A stretch of DNA of 40,278 nucleotides, from the IMG/VR virus record IMGVR_UViG_3300035042_000148, positions 1 through 40,278 of that record; one strand, written 5' to 3'. Position numbers and translations under genes: made by a program. Positions 26,608-35,304 of this stretch are shown here, in pieces; within the stretch, counting starts at the first letter, position 1, and every line of letters begins with the position of its first letter. The stretch comes from a virus. Its lineage: Duplodnaviria > Caudoviricetes. Under the pieces are notes generated by a model, which did no database searches, had not been told where the DNA came from, and was given only the letters and a program-made list of their open reading frames with translations.

Positions 26608-26739
26608 TTATCTTCCCATCCGCCGCGCCTCGCGCATGGCGGCGTTCCACGTCTCTACGTCGTACCGTTTCGACAACGGCACCAGATAGCGGCTATCGTA
26701 ATGTTTGACGATATAGGCAATGAGTTTCTCAGCCGGCAT
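26608..26739 (-). CDS. 43-aa hypothetical protein
   Basis: MPAEKLIAYIVKHYDSRYLVPLSKRYDVETWNAAMREARRMGR*; fills the gap; absent from the ORF track. Confidence 0.5.
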   Translation of the reverse strand: MPAEKLIAYIVKHYDSRYLVPLSKRYDVETWNAAMREARRMGR

Positions 26740-26742
26740 TAT

Positions 26743-27216
26743 TCATCCCCCCCCCCTGTAAGGCATTGCTCCGAAAGGCCCGACGATCCTGTCCACCGGT
26801 TCCAAAACCAGTTCGAACTGTTCGCGCATCCTCTGCAGAACCGTCACAGGCACGCGGTGCAGGTTGCCGAACTGCTCCCCGCAGGTAACGATGCGGAAGG
26901 CGGTGCCATGCTGCTCGGCAAGCTCACGATATGCATCCATCTCACTCAGCTCAGCGAACACATCACTCACCACCACGGACTCTCCCCGCGCCAACGCAAA
27001 ATCGGTCATAGTCCACACCCAGCGACAAGCCTGGTCCCAGATCTGGGCATCGAACCGGTAGCGGCCCTGCGTATCGCAAAACAGGTGGTCCGGTTCATAA
27101 TGGAGATGGCCGGAAAACTCGCGGCGCGCCCGAGTGCTTTTGCCGCTGCCTGGAAGGCCGCGAATAATCACAAGTTCGGGCTGTAGCGGCCTCCGGCCGG
27201 TGTCAGAATCGATCAT
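26743..27216 (-). CDS. P-loop kinase (AAA_33-like)
   Basis: LVIIRGLPGSGKST, VVVSDVF and HRVP...LQRM motifs. Confidence 0.85.
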   Translation of the reverse strand: MIDSDTGRRPLQPELVIIRGLPGSGKSTRARREFSGHLHYEPDHLFCDTQGRYRFDAQIWDQACRWVWTMTDFALARGESVVVSDVFAELSEMDAYRELAEQHGTAFRIVTCGEQFGNLHRVPVTVLQRMREQFELVLEPVDRIVGPFGAMPYRGGG

Positions 27217-27265
27217 GGGAGGAATTCTCCTTTCGTCGCTTAAAGGTTTTTGAAACCGGAGGCCG

Positions 27266-27493
27266 CTACAGCCTCGACTGAACTTCCACCAATTCAACCG
27301 AGCCGGGTACGTAGAGCCCGGATGGAGACAAGGTGCCGGGCCCGGATATCCTGAGCTGAATGGCGATACCGCAGGCCGGACATTGATACGTCCCTCGCGT
27401 AAGCTCGCCATAAATGGGAGTCGAGCAGAATGCGTCTATATCATCAATGTGTCCGCACTTACCGCAAGACATCAGCATCCAGGGCATGATCAA
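27266..27493 (-). CDS. Zinc-ribbon protein
   Basis: CGKCGH...CPACG; start overlaps the upstream stop. Confidence 0.65.
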   Translation of the reverse strand: MIMPWMLMSCGKCGHIDDIDAFCSTPIYGELTRGTYQCPACGIAIQLRISGPGTLSPSGLYVPGSVELVEVQSRL

Positions 27494-28185
27494 TCCTCCT
27501 CGATTTCTTCGAAGCCGGCGATCGGTCGGCTGTAGTTGTCCATCGCCTTGCGAAACATGCCGAGCATAAAGGAGATCAACTCCGGCGATTTCTGAGGATC
27601 TCCATCGACGATCTTGATGATGCGCCCGGAGCTGGAGCGGGCAACAGCCTCAAGGTAGGTACGCAGGTTGATGGCACGTTCCGCCAGTTCAATCTCGACC
27701 TGGTTGCGCGGTATAAGCTCTCCGGTTGCCGCCCTGCGCTTGAGTTCACGCATCCTGCGATCCTCGCGGATCCGGAGCATCTCCTCCCGTGCTTTTTCTT
27801 CCTGCAAGTTCTGGGTCTTGTGCCCAGACGTACCGTCCTTACGTTTCAGGTAGGCTCTGGCATATTCCATGGCCATGGTTTCAGAGATAGTGCCGTCATC
27901 ACGGAGCTTGAGCTTGCCCTGATCACGATGCTCATAGGCGGATGAGTCGGAGACTTTCCACCCTTCGTCCTCGAGGGCAGCAACCATCTCGGGAATATTT
28001 CGATACACCATCTCGCCGACATCTTCCGCCTGGGCGTTCCGAAATACCTCGAGATCCGCCTCAGCCTTTTTGTAGGCCTTACGGTTTTTTACCGTAGGGC
28101 GCAGCCGGGCAGCCTCAAATGCTGCGTCACGCTCAGCAATGAGTCGTTCCTCTTCGGCGGCTATGGCGGTGTTCAGATCGGCCAT
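27490..28185 (-). CDS. Probable terminase small subunit (Nu1-like)
   Basis: wHTH-like middle, coiled coil, then GELIPRNQV typical of Nu1-like TerS; lies between cos and terL. Confidence 0.7.
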   Translation of the reverse strand: MADLNTAIAAEEERLIAERDAAFEAARLRPTVKNRKAYKKAEADLEVFRNAQAEDVGEMVYRNIPEMVAALEDEGWKVSDSSAYEHRDQGKLKLRDDGTISETMAMEYARAYLKRKDGTSGHKTQNLQEEKAREEMLRIREDRRMRELKRRAATGELIPRNQVEIELAERAINLRTYLEAVARSSSGRIIKIVDGDPQKSPELISFMLGMFRKAMDNYSRPIAGFEEIEED

Positions 28186-28205
28186 GCTCTAACTCCCTTG
28201 ACGTA

Positions 28206-29366
28206 TCAATCGCACTTTGTTTGCGGGCTCCCATACGGCATCACGACTTCGAGCCGCTCATCGAAGCCGGTATGATCCACCGGTACCAGGAGCATGGCCG
28301 GACTGTCGCCGCCATATTTGATAAAGATCTCGCCATCGAAAGCCTTGAGGGCTTTTACCAGATAGCTCGAATTCGCCATCAAGCTGTACCCTTCACCACC
28401 GATGCATGGAACGCTTGCCTTGGCCACGCCGTTAGCTCCCAGGGCGGACACTTCGAGACCTTCGCCGTGCAACGACTCAGGGGCCTCGATCGAGACGCTT
28501 CTTGACTTGCCTTCGTTAACCACGGCTACATCCTCGGTGGCCTCCGCAAGAGACGACGCCTCAACGTTAAAAAATTGGTCGTGATCAGAGGGAACGACAC
28601 GGCGGTAGGCAGGAAAATCGCCGCCGATCAGACGCACGGTAAGATCGAAACCACCAGCCTCGAAATACACCTGGCTGCCCCCTGCCTCATCCTCGGTGTA
28701 AACACAGATCCCGGTTTCTATGCCGGATAATATCCGTACCGCTTTGGAAGGGATCAAAAACCCGGACAGGAGGTCAACGCCGTCCACCACCAACCCGGAG
28801 ATAGACAGTCGATGCCCGTCCGTGGCGACGGCTGTAAGACGACCATCCTCCTGGCACAAATAAACGCCACACAGGTTATTTTTCTGATGATCCTGGCACA
28901 TGGCATGGTTCACAGATCGCAGCAGGCGAGGCAAAATGCCAGGAGCAAAGTGACAGACAGCGGGACCCCAGTGGCAATCTGGATCGGGGAATTCGCACGC
29001 TGGGAAACAGGCAATTTCGAAATGCCGGTCACCACCCTCGATAACCAGGCGCATGTCATTGTGCAGCGTAAAAGTCACGTCGCCATGCAGTCTGGAAAGC
29101 ACGCCCTTGAGAAGCTCGGCCGGCACGCAGGCATCTCCTCCGGCCCCGGGTATATCTGCCTTAAATTCTGTCACGGCCCTCACTTCAAGATCCGTTGCGA
29201 CGAACTGAACGGCTCCACGTAATAGAACATCGAGCTTGATATTTTCCAGTATGGGAATCGTACTGCGCTTGTCGACAGCTCCAAGCACGCGGGAAAGCGC
29301 CGCTGAAACGGTGTCAACATGAGAAGAGAAAGACCACTTGTTTTCGTTGCTTGCTTTTTTCGTCAT
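28206..29366 (-). CDS. dnaN: DNA polymerase III beta sliding clamp homolog
   Basis: KRSTIPILENI, VATDLE, AVATDGHRL, RLIGGDFPAYRRVVP and VVMP motifs; 386 aa. Confidence 0.92.
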   Translation of the reverse strand: MTKKASNENKWSFSSHVDTVSAALSRVLGAVDKRSTIPILENIKLDVLLRGAVQFVATDLEVRAVTEFKADIPGAGGDACVPAELLKGVLSRLHGDVTFTLHNDMRLVIEGGDRHFEIACFPACEFPDPDCHWGPAVCHFAPGILPRLLRSVNHAMCQDHQKNNLCGVYLCQEDGRLTAVATDGHRLSISGLVVDGVDLLSGFLIPSKAVRILSGIETGICVYTEDEAGGSQVYFEAGGFDLTVRLIGGDFPAYRRVVPSDHDQFFNVEASSLAEATEDVAVVNEGKSRSVSIEAPESLHGEGLEVSALGANGVAKASVPCIGGEGYSLMANSSYLVKALKAFDGEIFIKYGGDSPAMLLVPVDHTGFDERLEVVMPYGSPQTKCD

Positions 29367-29427
29367 GAGATCCTCGCTTTATAATTGGAGCAGCAGGCCC
29401 TTCACCCCGCCCCGCCGCGCGCCCTTT

Positions 29428-29841
29428 TTATCCCTGGGCTGTACGGAGCTGATCAGATGATGCCGTGTGACCTTCCAGACCTGCAGCATCCCAGATCCGG
29501 ATCCGTTCGAGCATGTCGCGGATGCAGCCGGAGCTCTTGCTGAGACTTGCCGCCATCTGTGCCGTGGTCCGCCCGGCTTCAACCAGTAGTAACAACTTGA
29601 CCAATTCCTCCGGCTGCCAGCTCGTTTCGTGGATCGGCGTGCCCGAGGTCGGCCGGAAGGTATGCCCGCAGCCGGCGCAGTACACCTTGCGGAGATCCTG
29701 CCAGGCCGCCAGCGCCCGGGTCCCGGTGATCGGCGACTGGCACGACGGACAAACAGGCCCGGACTGGAGGTATCTGCGCTGCATCCACTCCCAGGCCGCC
29801 AACCTGGTCACCACGGCAAGAAGCTCTTCAGTCTCGATCAT
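29428..29841 (-). CDS. Zinc-ribbon + HTH protein (resembles the IS1595 transposase N-terminus, no DDE domain)
   Basis: GPVCPSC...YCAGCGHTFRPTSGTPIHET followed by the HTH-like TTAQMAASLSKS. Confidence 0.65.
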   Translation of the reverse strand: MIETEELLAVVTRLAAWEWMQRRYLQSGPVCPSCQSPITGTRALAAWQDLRKVYCAGCGHTFRPTSGTPIHETSWQPEELVKLLLLVEAGRTTAQMAASLSKSSGCIRDMLERIRIWDAAGLEGHTASSDQLRTAQG

Positions 29842-29913
29842 CGTTGCAACTCCTTGTATTTTCAGCATCTTCCAAAATTCCGGACCTCGAAAAACTCAAA
29901 ACTCACACGTTTT

Positions 29914-29959
29914 CTGCGCGCTTGCTCGCCCGCAGTGGGCCACCCCGTGGGAAGGACCC
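29914..29959 (-). other. Predicted cos site (cosQ + cosN)
   Basis: Minus strand GGGTCCT (identical to lambda cosQ), 17 nt, then CTGCG-[GGCGAGCAAGCG]-CGCAG dyad around a 12-nt core. Confidence 0.7.
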
Positions 29960-29966
29960 GCGACCA

Positions 29967-30596
29967 TCACGCGAGACCAGCCTGCTGCATACGCCAGGAC
30001 AGCTCATGCTCGAAGGTGCGCTCGAGGTAATCCATCAGCCCTTCCTCGAAAGCATCGGCCGTCGCGGCCTCGGCAAACATACTGGCCGGGGAGATGGCGG
30101 CCTTGATCTGCACGGGGTAGCGGCTCTTGCCCTTGCGCCTCATCACCATCATGTGGCCACTGCTGGCCTGCTGCATGAACGCGCCCGACAGTTTCGTCTT
30201 GCGTCCCTTGACAACCTCGACCCGCACCCCCTGGAACTTGGAGCGCCGTTTATTCTCCCTGGTCTTGGTGCGCGTGATCACACGATTGCGGGCATACTGC
30301 TTTGCACCGAAATAACTCAGCGAGAGCGACATGCCGCGGATGGTTATCTCGAAGGATTCGTAGTGCCGGCCGCCACGACTGCCAACCCGGATCCGGATCT
30401 TCTTATCCAGGTCGCGCTTCTTGATGTTCCACTTCTTTCGGATCTCCGTACTGAGGAGGGTCCGCGCCTTGCGACGGACCTTGCTCATGGTGCTGTAGAC
30501 AGCCTGCTTCACGAGCTCCTCCATCTCCCCGACGGCACTGGCCAGAGCATCTTCGAAGATATCCGCGTCGAACCATATCATTTGATTTTTAGCCAT
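29967..30596 (-). CDS. Lambda gpZ-like minor tail protein
   Basis: Highly basic 209 aa; IRKKWNIK, GVRVEV, GAFM and RYPV motifs. Confidence 0.7.
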   Translation of the reverse strand: MAKNQMIWFDADIFEDALASAVGEMEELVKQAVYSTMSKVRRKARTLLSTEIRKKWNIKKRDLDKKIRIRVGSRGGRHYESFEITIRGMSLSLSYFGAKQYARNRVITRTKTRENKRRSKFQGVRVEVVKGRKTKLSGAFMQQASSGHMMVMRRKGKSRYPVQIKAAISPASMFAEAATADAFEEGLMDYLERTFEHELSWRMQQAGLA

Positions 30597-30606
30597 CGAG
30601 CACCAC

Positions 30607-30897
30607 CTTGTCCGGCTTGTCCGGCTTTGTCCGCCCTAAAAAACAACAAACCGGACAGAAAATTAAAAACGATTTCGGTTACTTATCTTTACTTGTCCGG
30701 CTTGTCCGGAAAAATAACAACTCCCAAGGCTGATTTGACTAAGCCCCCATATACACGCGCACGCACGCGCATACGTAAGGGAGTTGTAAGTTAGCCGGAC
30801 AAGCCGGACAAATGCACCCAACTTGCCGTTATCAATAAGTTTTCCGTGTCCGGCTAACACATTTTTTGACCGGACACAACCGGACAAGCCGGACAGC
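30607..30897. repeat. Iteron cluster (CCGGACAAG-like, both orientations); putative replication origin
   Basis: About a dozen CGGACA/TGTCCG cores in a gap directly downstream of the helicase. Confidence 0.7.
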
Positions 30898-30925
30898 CTT
30901 GACGGCACGGACATTGCGAACACAC

Positions 30926-32440
30926 TCATGAAGCGCCTCCGGCGGAGGGGGACGGGGGAGGAGGAAAGGCGTCGGGCTCTTCGCCGTGGCACTTCTCCTC
31001 GACCAAGCGGATACCTGCATAAGCATTCGGCCTACGGCCGGACATTTCATCTCTGGGCAGCTTGCCGTCCCTCACATCGATACACTTCTCATCCAGCAAC
31101 CTGTTAAACTCCCTACGGAACTGCGGCTCGCCGATCGGCAGCAGGTTCCACGAACGACAACGCTTCACATAGTCCTCATACAGAGCATCCTTGCCAGCCT
31201 TCCCCCTGGGGTCCGCCTCCACATGTTTCTCGATGTAATAGAGGATGTTGTTGTTCATGCGCTTGTAGTCCTGCAGGGACGACTGCATTTCCGCCACCTC
31301 GCTGAATCCCTCATCCCTAAGCATGACCAGACCGGCCAGCGCCCAGGCGAAGATTCCAGGCAGTTCCTGGATCAGTTCGTCATACAGGAATATATTCGCC
31401 CTCTTCCTCTTGACGAACTGCCCCTTAAACTCGATGATCATGATCTTGCGAAAGAACCCGTCCGAGTTGTCCAACATCTTGGGTAGGCGATTGGTGGAAT
31501 AAACCAGTTTGCAGAACGGCTCGAAATCGAAAGGAGTCTGGTTTTTAAAGGATGCCGAGATCGGATCACCCGAGACGATCGCCTTGATCTCCTGGCTTTG
31601 CATCGCCCTGGACTCCACCTCGGTACTCATGTTGACCAGCTTGTCCACCAGACGGGACAGATAGAACTGATCCTCAAGACGACCCATGGGAATATGAGAA
31701 CAGTTCTGCTCCCCGACCAGGGCACGGAGGATCTTCATCACCGTCGATTTTCCATCACCGCCAGGGCCGTAGAGGAGCAGCATCTTTTCATAACGTGTCT
31801 CCCTGGTCAGACAGTAGCCGAAGAATTTCTGCAGTTCCCTGATGACCGCATCGGCCGGATTCCACTCCCTCAACCGCTCTTTCCAGGAAGGACAATCCGG
31901 CACATTCTCCGGATCGAATTCGATCGGCAGCATATGGGTTGCAAAATACTTCTTGTCATGCGGCAGGACCTCGCCCGTCCTCAGGTTGAACATGCCATTC
32001 TGTAGACAGATCAGATCCTTGTTGTCGTTGAACTCCCGTCCGACCGGCAGAGTCGACAGGTCGCGGATCATCCGAGCCACATCGTCAGCCTTGCTGCTGC
32101 TCGCCTCATCCTCGAGCATCCGCAAAGCCTTCTGCCGGATAAACGCCAGGTCGTAAGGCTCCCAATAGCGCCCCTCCCAGCGGTAAACAAGACCGCTCTC
32201 AGGGTCGGAAACGATATCCACATCCTCCATGATCGCCTTGGTGAGAAGCGCCGGCGCGAACTTTCTCCCATTGAAAAAGCGTTCGACACCAGGAGACCTG
32301 TCGTTCTGCTTCGGCTTCTCGACAATCTCAGCCGAGGCCAACAGATCAACCAGATCGGCGACACTGAAAGCATGCTTGACGAACCAGTCCGTCAGATCCT
32401 GGCCGTGATTCTTAGGATAATAGGATGGAGACTCAGACAT
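30926..32440 (-). CDS. P4/D5-family SF3 helicase (C-terminal part of primase-helicase)
   Basis: LICLQNGMFNL (D5-N-like), Walker A GPGGDGKST, STN motif C, GFFRK. Confidence 0.9.
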   Translation of the reverse strand: MSESPSYYPKNHGQDLTDWFVKHAFSVADLVDLLASAEIVEKPKQNDRSPGVERFFNGRKFAPALLTKAIMEDVDIVSDPESGLVYRWEGRYWEPYDLAFIRQKALRMLEDEASSSKADDVARMIRDLSTLPVGREFNDNKDLICLQNGMFNLRTGEVLPHDKKYFATHMLPIEFDPENVPDCPSWKERLREWNPADAVIRELQKFFGYCLTRETRYEKMLLLYGPGGDGKSTVMKILRALVGEQNCSHIPMGRLEDQFYLSRLVDKLVNMSTEVESRAMQSQEIKAIVSGDPISASFKNQTPFDFEPFCKLVYSTNRLPKMLDNSDGFFRKIMIIEFKGQFVKRKRANIFLYDELIQELPGIFAWALAGLVMLRDEGFSEVAEMQSSLQDYKRMNNNILYYIEKHVEADPRGKAGKDALYEDYVKRCRSWNLLPIGEPQFRREFNRLLDEKCIDVRDGKLPRDEMSGRRPNAYAGIRLVEEKCHGEEPDAFPPPPSPSAGGAS

Positions 32441-33414
32441 CACCCCATCACCTCCGGCCACTGAATAATCCGCACGCTCTTCGCATGCATCACAATCGAT
32501 TTCGCCGCCACATGAGCGCCCTTGTGCCCGGCCTGATCCGCGTCATAGGCAATAATCACATCGCGCCCGGCCATCGCCTCGCTGAACTCATCGCGCCAGG
32601 TGCCACACCCAGCCGTCTGTGTCACGGCATTGAGGCCGTTCGATATGGCACAGATCAGATCCGGTTCCCCCTCCACCAGCCACAGCGGCCCAGTCTGTTT
32701 CCAAACCGTCGGCGCAGGGAAAAGCCGGGTCGCCCCATAGCAATTCGGACTCGCCCCGCACCCCTTGCAGACCTTTGCCTTATCCACCGTTTTCCAGTGC
32801 CCCCCGCAGGCCTTGCAGGTGCGGTCATACCAGCTGATCATCTTGCAACGCTCCGCGCCAGGTTGATACAACCTGATATTGCAGAGCCGCCCCTGATCGT
32901 CTCTGATCGGGATGGCGATCTTTTTGTTGTGCCCGTCGTCAAATTCGCGCAGATCGAGCATCTCGACCGCCTGGGCAGACCATCCGCGCAGCCGTCTTAA
33001 TTCGGTGAGCCGCTTCGCCGGGAGGGGCGGGAGGGCCTCGAGTTCCTCTTCGTCAACAAAGACATCGGGGGCCGGATCCGGCTCTTTTTTCGGTGGTGAT
33101 TTCCGCTTGCGCGGCTTAGATGATGGGGACAGCCCGTTATCCACGAACTCTTTTTTAAACTGGACGAACCCGTCGCCGTGGCTGTCGAGCCCGTTAAGCT
33201 CGCACCACAACTTGACCAGGTCGCCTCCGGCGCTACAGGACCGGCACTTATACCAATCCTCCCCGAAGTGATAGCAGAACGACGCGCTCTTCTGATCGCC
33301 ATGGATCGGGCAAAAACCGTGCAGCTTCTGCCCGTAAACCTTCTCTACTTCAAACAACCCCTCGGCAATTTCACGGCAACGCTGCGAGCCCAATTCATCC
33401 AGAGCGAATCCCAT
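32440..33414 (-). CDS. Primase: CHC2 zinc finger + TOPRIM
   Basis: CPIHGD...YKCRSC, LVEGEPD and IIAYDADQAG motifs. Confidence 0.9.
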   Translation of the reverse strand: MGFALDELGSQRCREIAEGLFEVEKVYGQKLHGFCPIHGDQKSASFCYHFGEDWYKCRSCSAGGDLVKLWCELNGLDSHGDGFVQFKKEFVDNGLSPSSKPRKRKSPPKKEPDPAPDVFVDEEELEALPPLPAKRLTELRRLRGWSAQAVEMLDLREFDDGHNKKIAIPIRDDQGRLCNIRLYQPGAERCKMISWYDRTCKACGGHWKTVDKAKVCKGCGASPNCYGATRLFPAPTVWKQTGPLWLVEGEPDLICAISNGLNAVTQTAGCGTWRDEFSEAMAGRDVIIAYDADQAGHKGAHVAAKSIVMHAKSVRIIQWPEVMG

Positions 33415-33794
33415 CAGAGCACCTCATCAAAGAGGAGCTGTTTCCCCTGAAATTCTACGCCCATGATTCGCCGGAAGAATCCTTCCGAGCTTTCCAAGCG
33501 CGGCAGTCTGCCTGTCGATAGGATTAACTTGCAAGAAGGCTTAAAACCGGAAAAGCACAGACCTCTGAATGACGCCGAGATAGAGTCTCCAGAGATAAGC
33601 CCCTTGATTTCCCTGGCCGTCAACCTCTTGCCCGTATCGTGCACAGTTAAAACATCACCCGTCAAAACGCCGGCCATTGTCACGTCAACAGGCACAAACT
33701 CAATGCCGCACAGATGCTCCAGGTTCATTTCACGACGCTGCTCCTCGGTCACCTTCCCCAGGAGCTTCCCGTCTGCAAAAAGTTGATACATCAC
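33414..33794 (-). CDS. Small protein containing a paralogous SF3-helicase fragment
   Basis: EIKGLISGDSISASF...CKLILSTGRLP...EGFFRRIMGVEF aligns with the downstream helicase. Confidence 0.7.
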   Translation of the reverse strand: MMYQLFADGKLLGKVTEEQRREMNLEHLCGIEFVPVDVTMAGVLTGDVLTVHDTGKRLTAREIKGLISGDSISASFRGLCFSGFKPSCKLILSTGRLPRLESSEGFFRRIMGVEFQGKQLLFDEVL

Positions 33795-34141
33795 TTAAAC
33801 AATCCTCCCTGAACATCTTGAATCAGTCGGGTTTTATACAAGTCGAAAGCCCGACGATACCCCTCCATGTAGGACCTCAAGGCCTTGCGCAACCGCTCGA
33901 TATCCTGATCAATGGCAGCCTCATCGACCTCATCCTCAACCTTACACATATACGCGATCACGTCCGGCCGTTCATCACGCAACCATTGCAGGGCATTGTC
34001 CGGGTGCTCGTCAGCCACAACGGCAATCGCCTCGCGTAACAGCCGCTGGATCTCCGGCCGACGATCTTCCGAAGGTGCAGGCACAGATGCCGATCGATGT
34101 TTCTCAAGCCCAGGGATGCGCCCCGCCAGCCCATCAGCCAT
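33791..34141 (-). CDS. Hypothetical protein
   Basis: RBS GGAGGGG; stop overlaps the next start. Confidence 0.6.
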   Translation of the reverse strand: MADGLAGRIPGLEKHRSASVPAPSEDRRPEIQRLLREAIAVVADEHPDNALQWLRDERPDVIAYMCKVEDEVDEAAIDQDIERLRKALRSYMEGYRRAFDLYKTRLIQDVQGGLFK

Positions 34142-34300
34142 GACACCCCTCCACGCCATGCCAGTAATGAGGCTCAGCCTGCCGGCATTCCGGAGCCGGC
34201 TTGCCCTTCCCCATGGCAAAAAATGCCTTTCGGCACAGAGTCTCTTCGTGAGAACAGCGACCCTGCAGACGGCAACGGAAACACTCCACAGGCGGCATCC

Positions 34301-34780
34301 TCATGACAAACCCTCCACCATCTGCGCCACAACCGGGTCGACATGCAAAACCGTCCGCCCCGAGTCCGATCGGCGACTCGACAAAGCCGCCCTTGATGGA
34401 TCCGTAGGCCCGACGCCCTCGAAACGGGCCTGCACAACCGCCAACTCCCGCAACGCCTCGAGGACATCCTCCCGCACCACGACATACCCCTCCGGCGGCA
34501 CGAACCTCTCCGCCGCCATGGCCGCGCGAACAGCCTGCACCGCCTCAAAAAGATGACGCAGCAACACCTGCCTCTTATCAAACGGACGTTCCTTGACCAC
34601 CTCATCGAGCAGATTGACGACCCGGCGAGCTACCCTGTCGGTACGCCATCCAGCGTGGATCCACTCCCGTTCCTCGATGGTCAGATCCAGATCCCCGACA
34701 AGCTGGTCGAGCCGTTGCTGAAAGCTAGCGTGCGACATAGCCATACTCCAGATGGGATTTTTCCGATTTTGGAGGCTCAA
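34301..34780 (-). CDS. Hypothetical protein (start probably ~34744)
   Basis: Minus-strand ORF in the early operon with GGAG before MAMSH. Confidence 0.55.
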   Translation of the reverse strand: MSLQNRKNPIWSMAMSHASFQQRLDQLVGDLDLTIEEREWIHAGWRTDRVARRVVNLLDEVVKERPFDKRQVLLRHLFEAVQAVRAAMAAERFVPPEGYVVVREDVLEALRELAVVQARFEGVGPTDPSRAALSSRRSDSGRTVLHVDPVVAQMVEGLS

Positions 34781-34990
34781 GCGACGGAGCCAGAGCCTCG
34801 ATCTCCTCTCGGCTCAACCTACGCACCTGGCCGGAAAGAGAAGCCCTCAACTTGGCCTCAGCCTCATGCATCTCCGCGATAAACCGGTCACGAGCCAAAA
34901 CAAAACCCCCGTAAAATCTGAGCCGCGATCATCAGGACAGCGAACCACACAGCCCCAGCAGCGGCACCATCCAAAATTCTGTCGATGCGA

Positions 34991-35185
34991 TCACCTTGCC
35001 TCACAAGCCACCTCCACACCGCGATCAGAAAGAGGCATACTCACAGACGCACCCACACCTTCTTCAAGCCAGCGCAGAGCAAACGGCTCACAGGCAGGGC
35101 AAACACCATCGGACACACCAGACACCCCACGGCCAGGCTTTCGACCGTATTCCGCTTTGCAAAACATGCACACGCTGATCAACAT
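34991..35185 (-). CDS. Small CxxC...CxxC protein
   Basis: CMFC...SDGVCPAC; RBS GGGAGGG. Confidence 0.6.
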   Translation of the reverse strand: MLISVCMFCKAEYGRKPGRGVSGVSDGVCPACEPFALRWLEEGVGASVSMPLSDRGVEVACEAR

Positions 35186-35304
35186 GAGAGCCCTCCCTTG
35201 TCTTCACATTGCCACCGAACACCGGCCGGCCAGGAGAAAAGAACCGGCCGGCAACGGCACAAGCACGCCTTTTTCACTTACCGGGAGGCGTCAGCCCAGC
35301 CTGA

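Noticed and set aside
29428-29841. Active IS element
   Set aside because: No DDE domain, terminal inverted repeats or target duplication visible.
30607-30897. CRISPR array
   Set aside because: Repeats are only ~9 bp, irregularly spaced and in both orientations; no cas genes.
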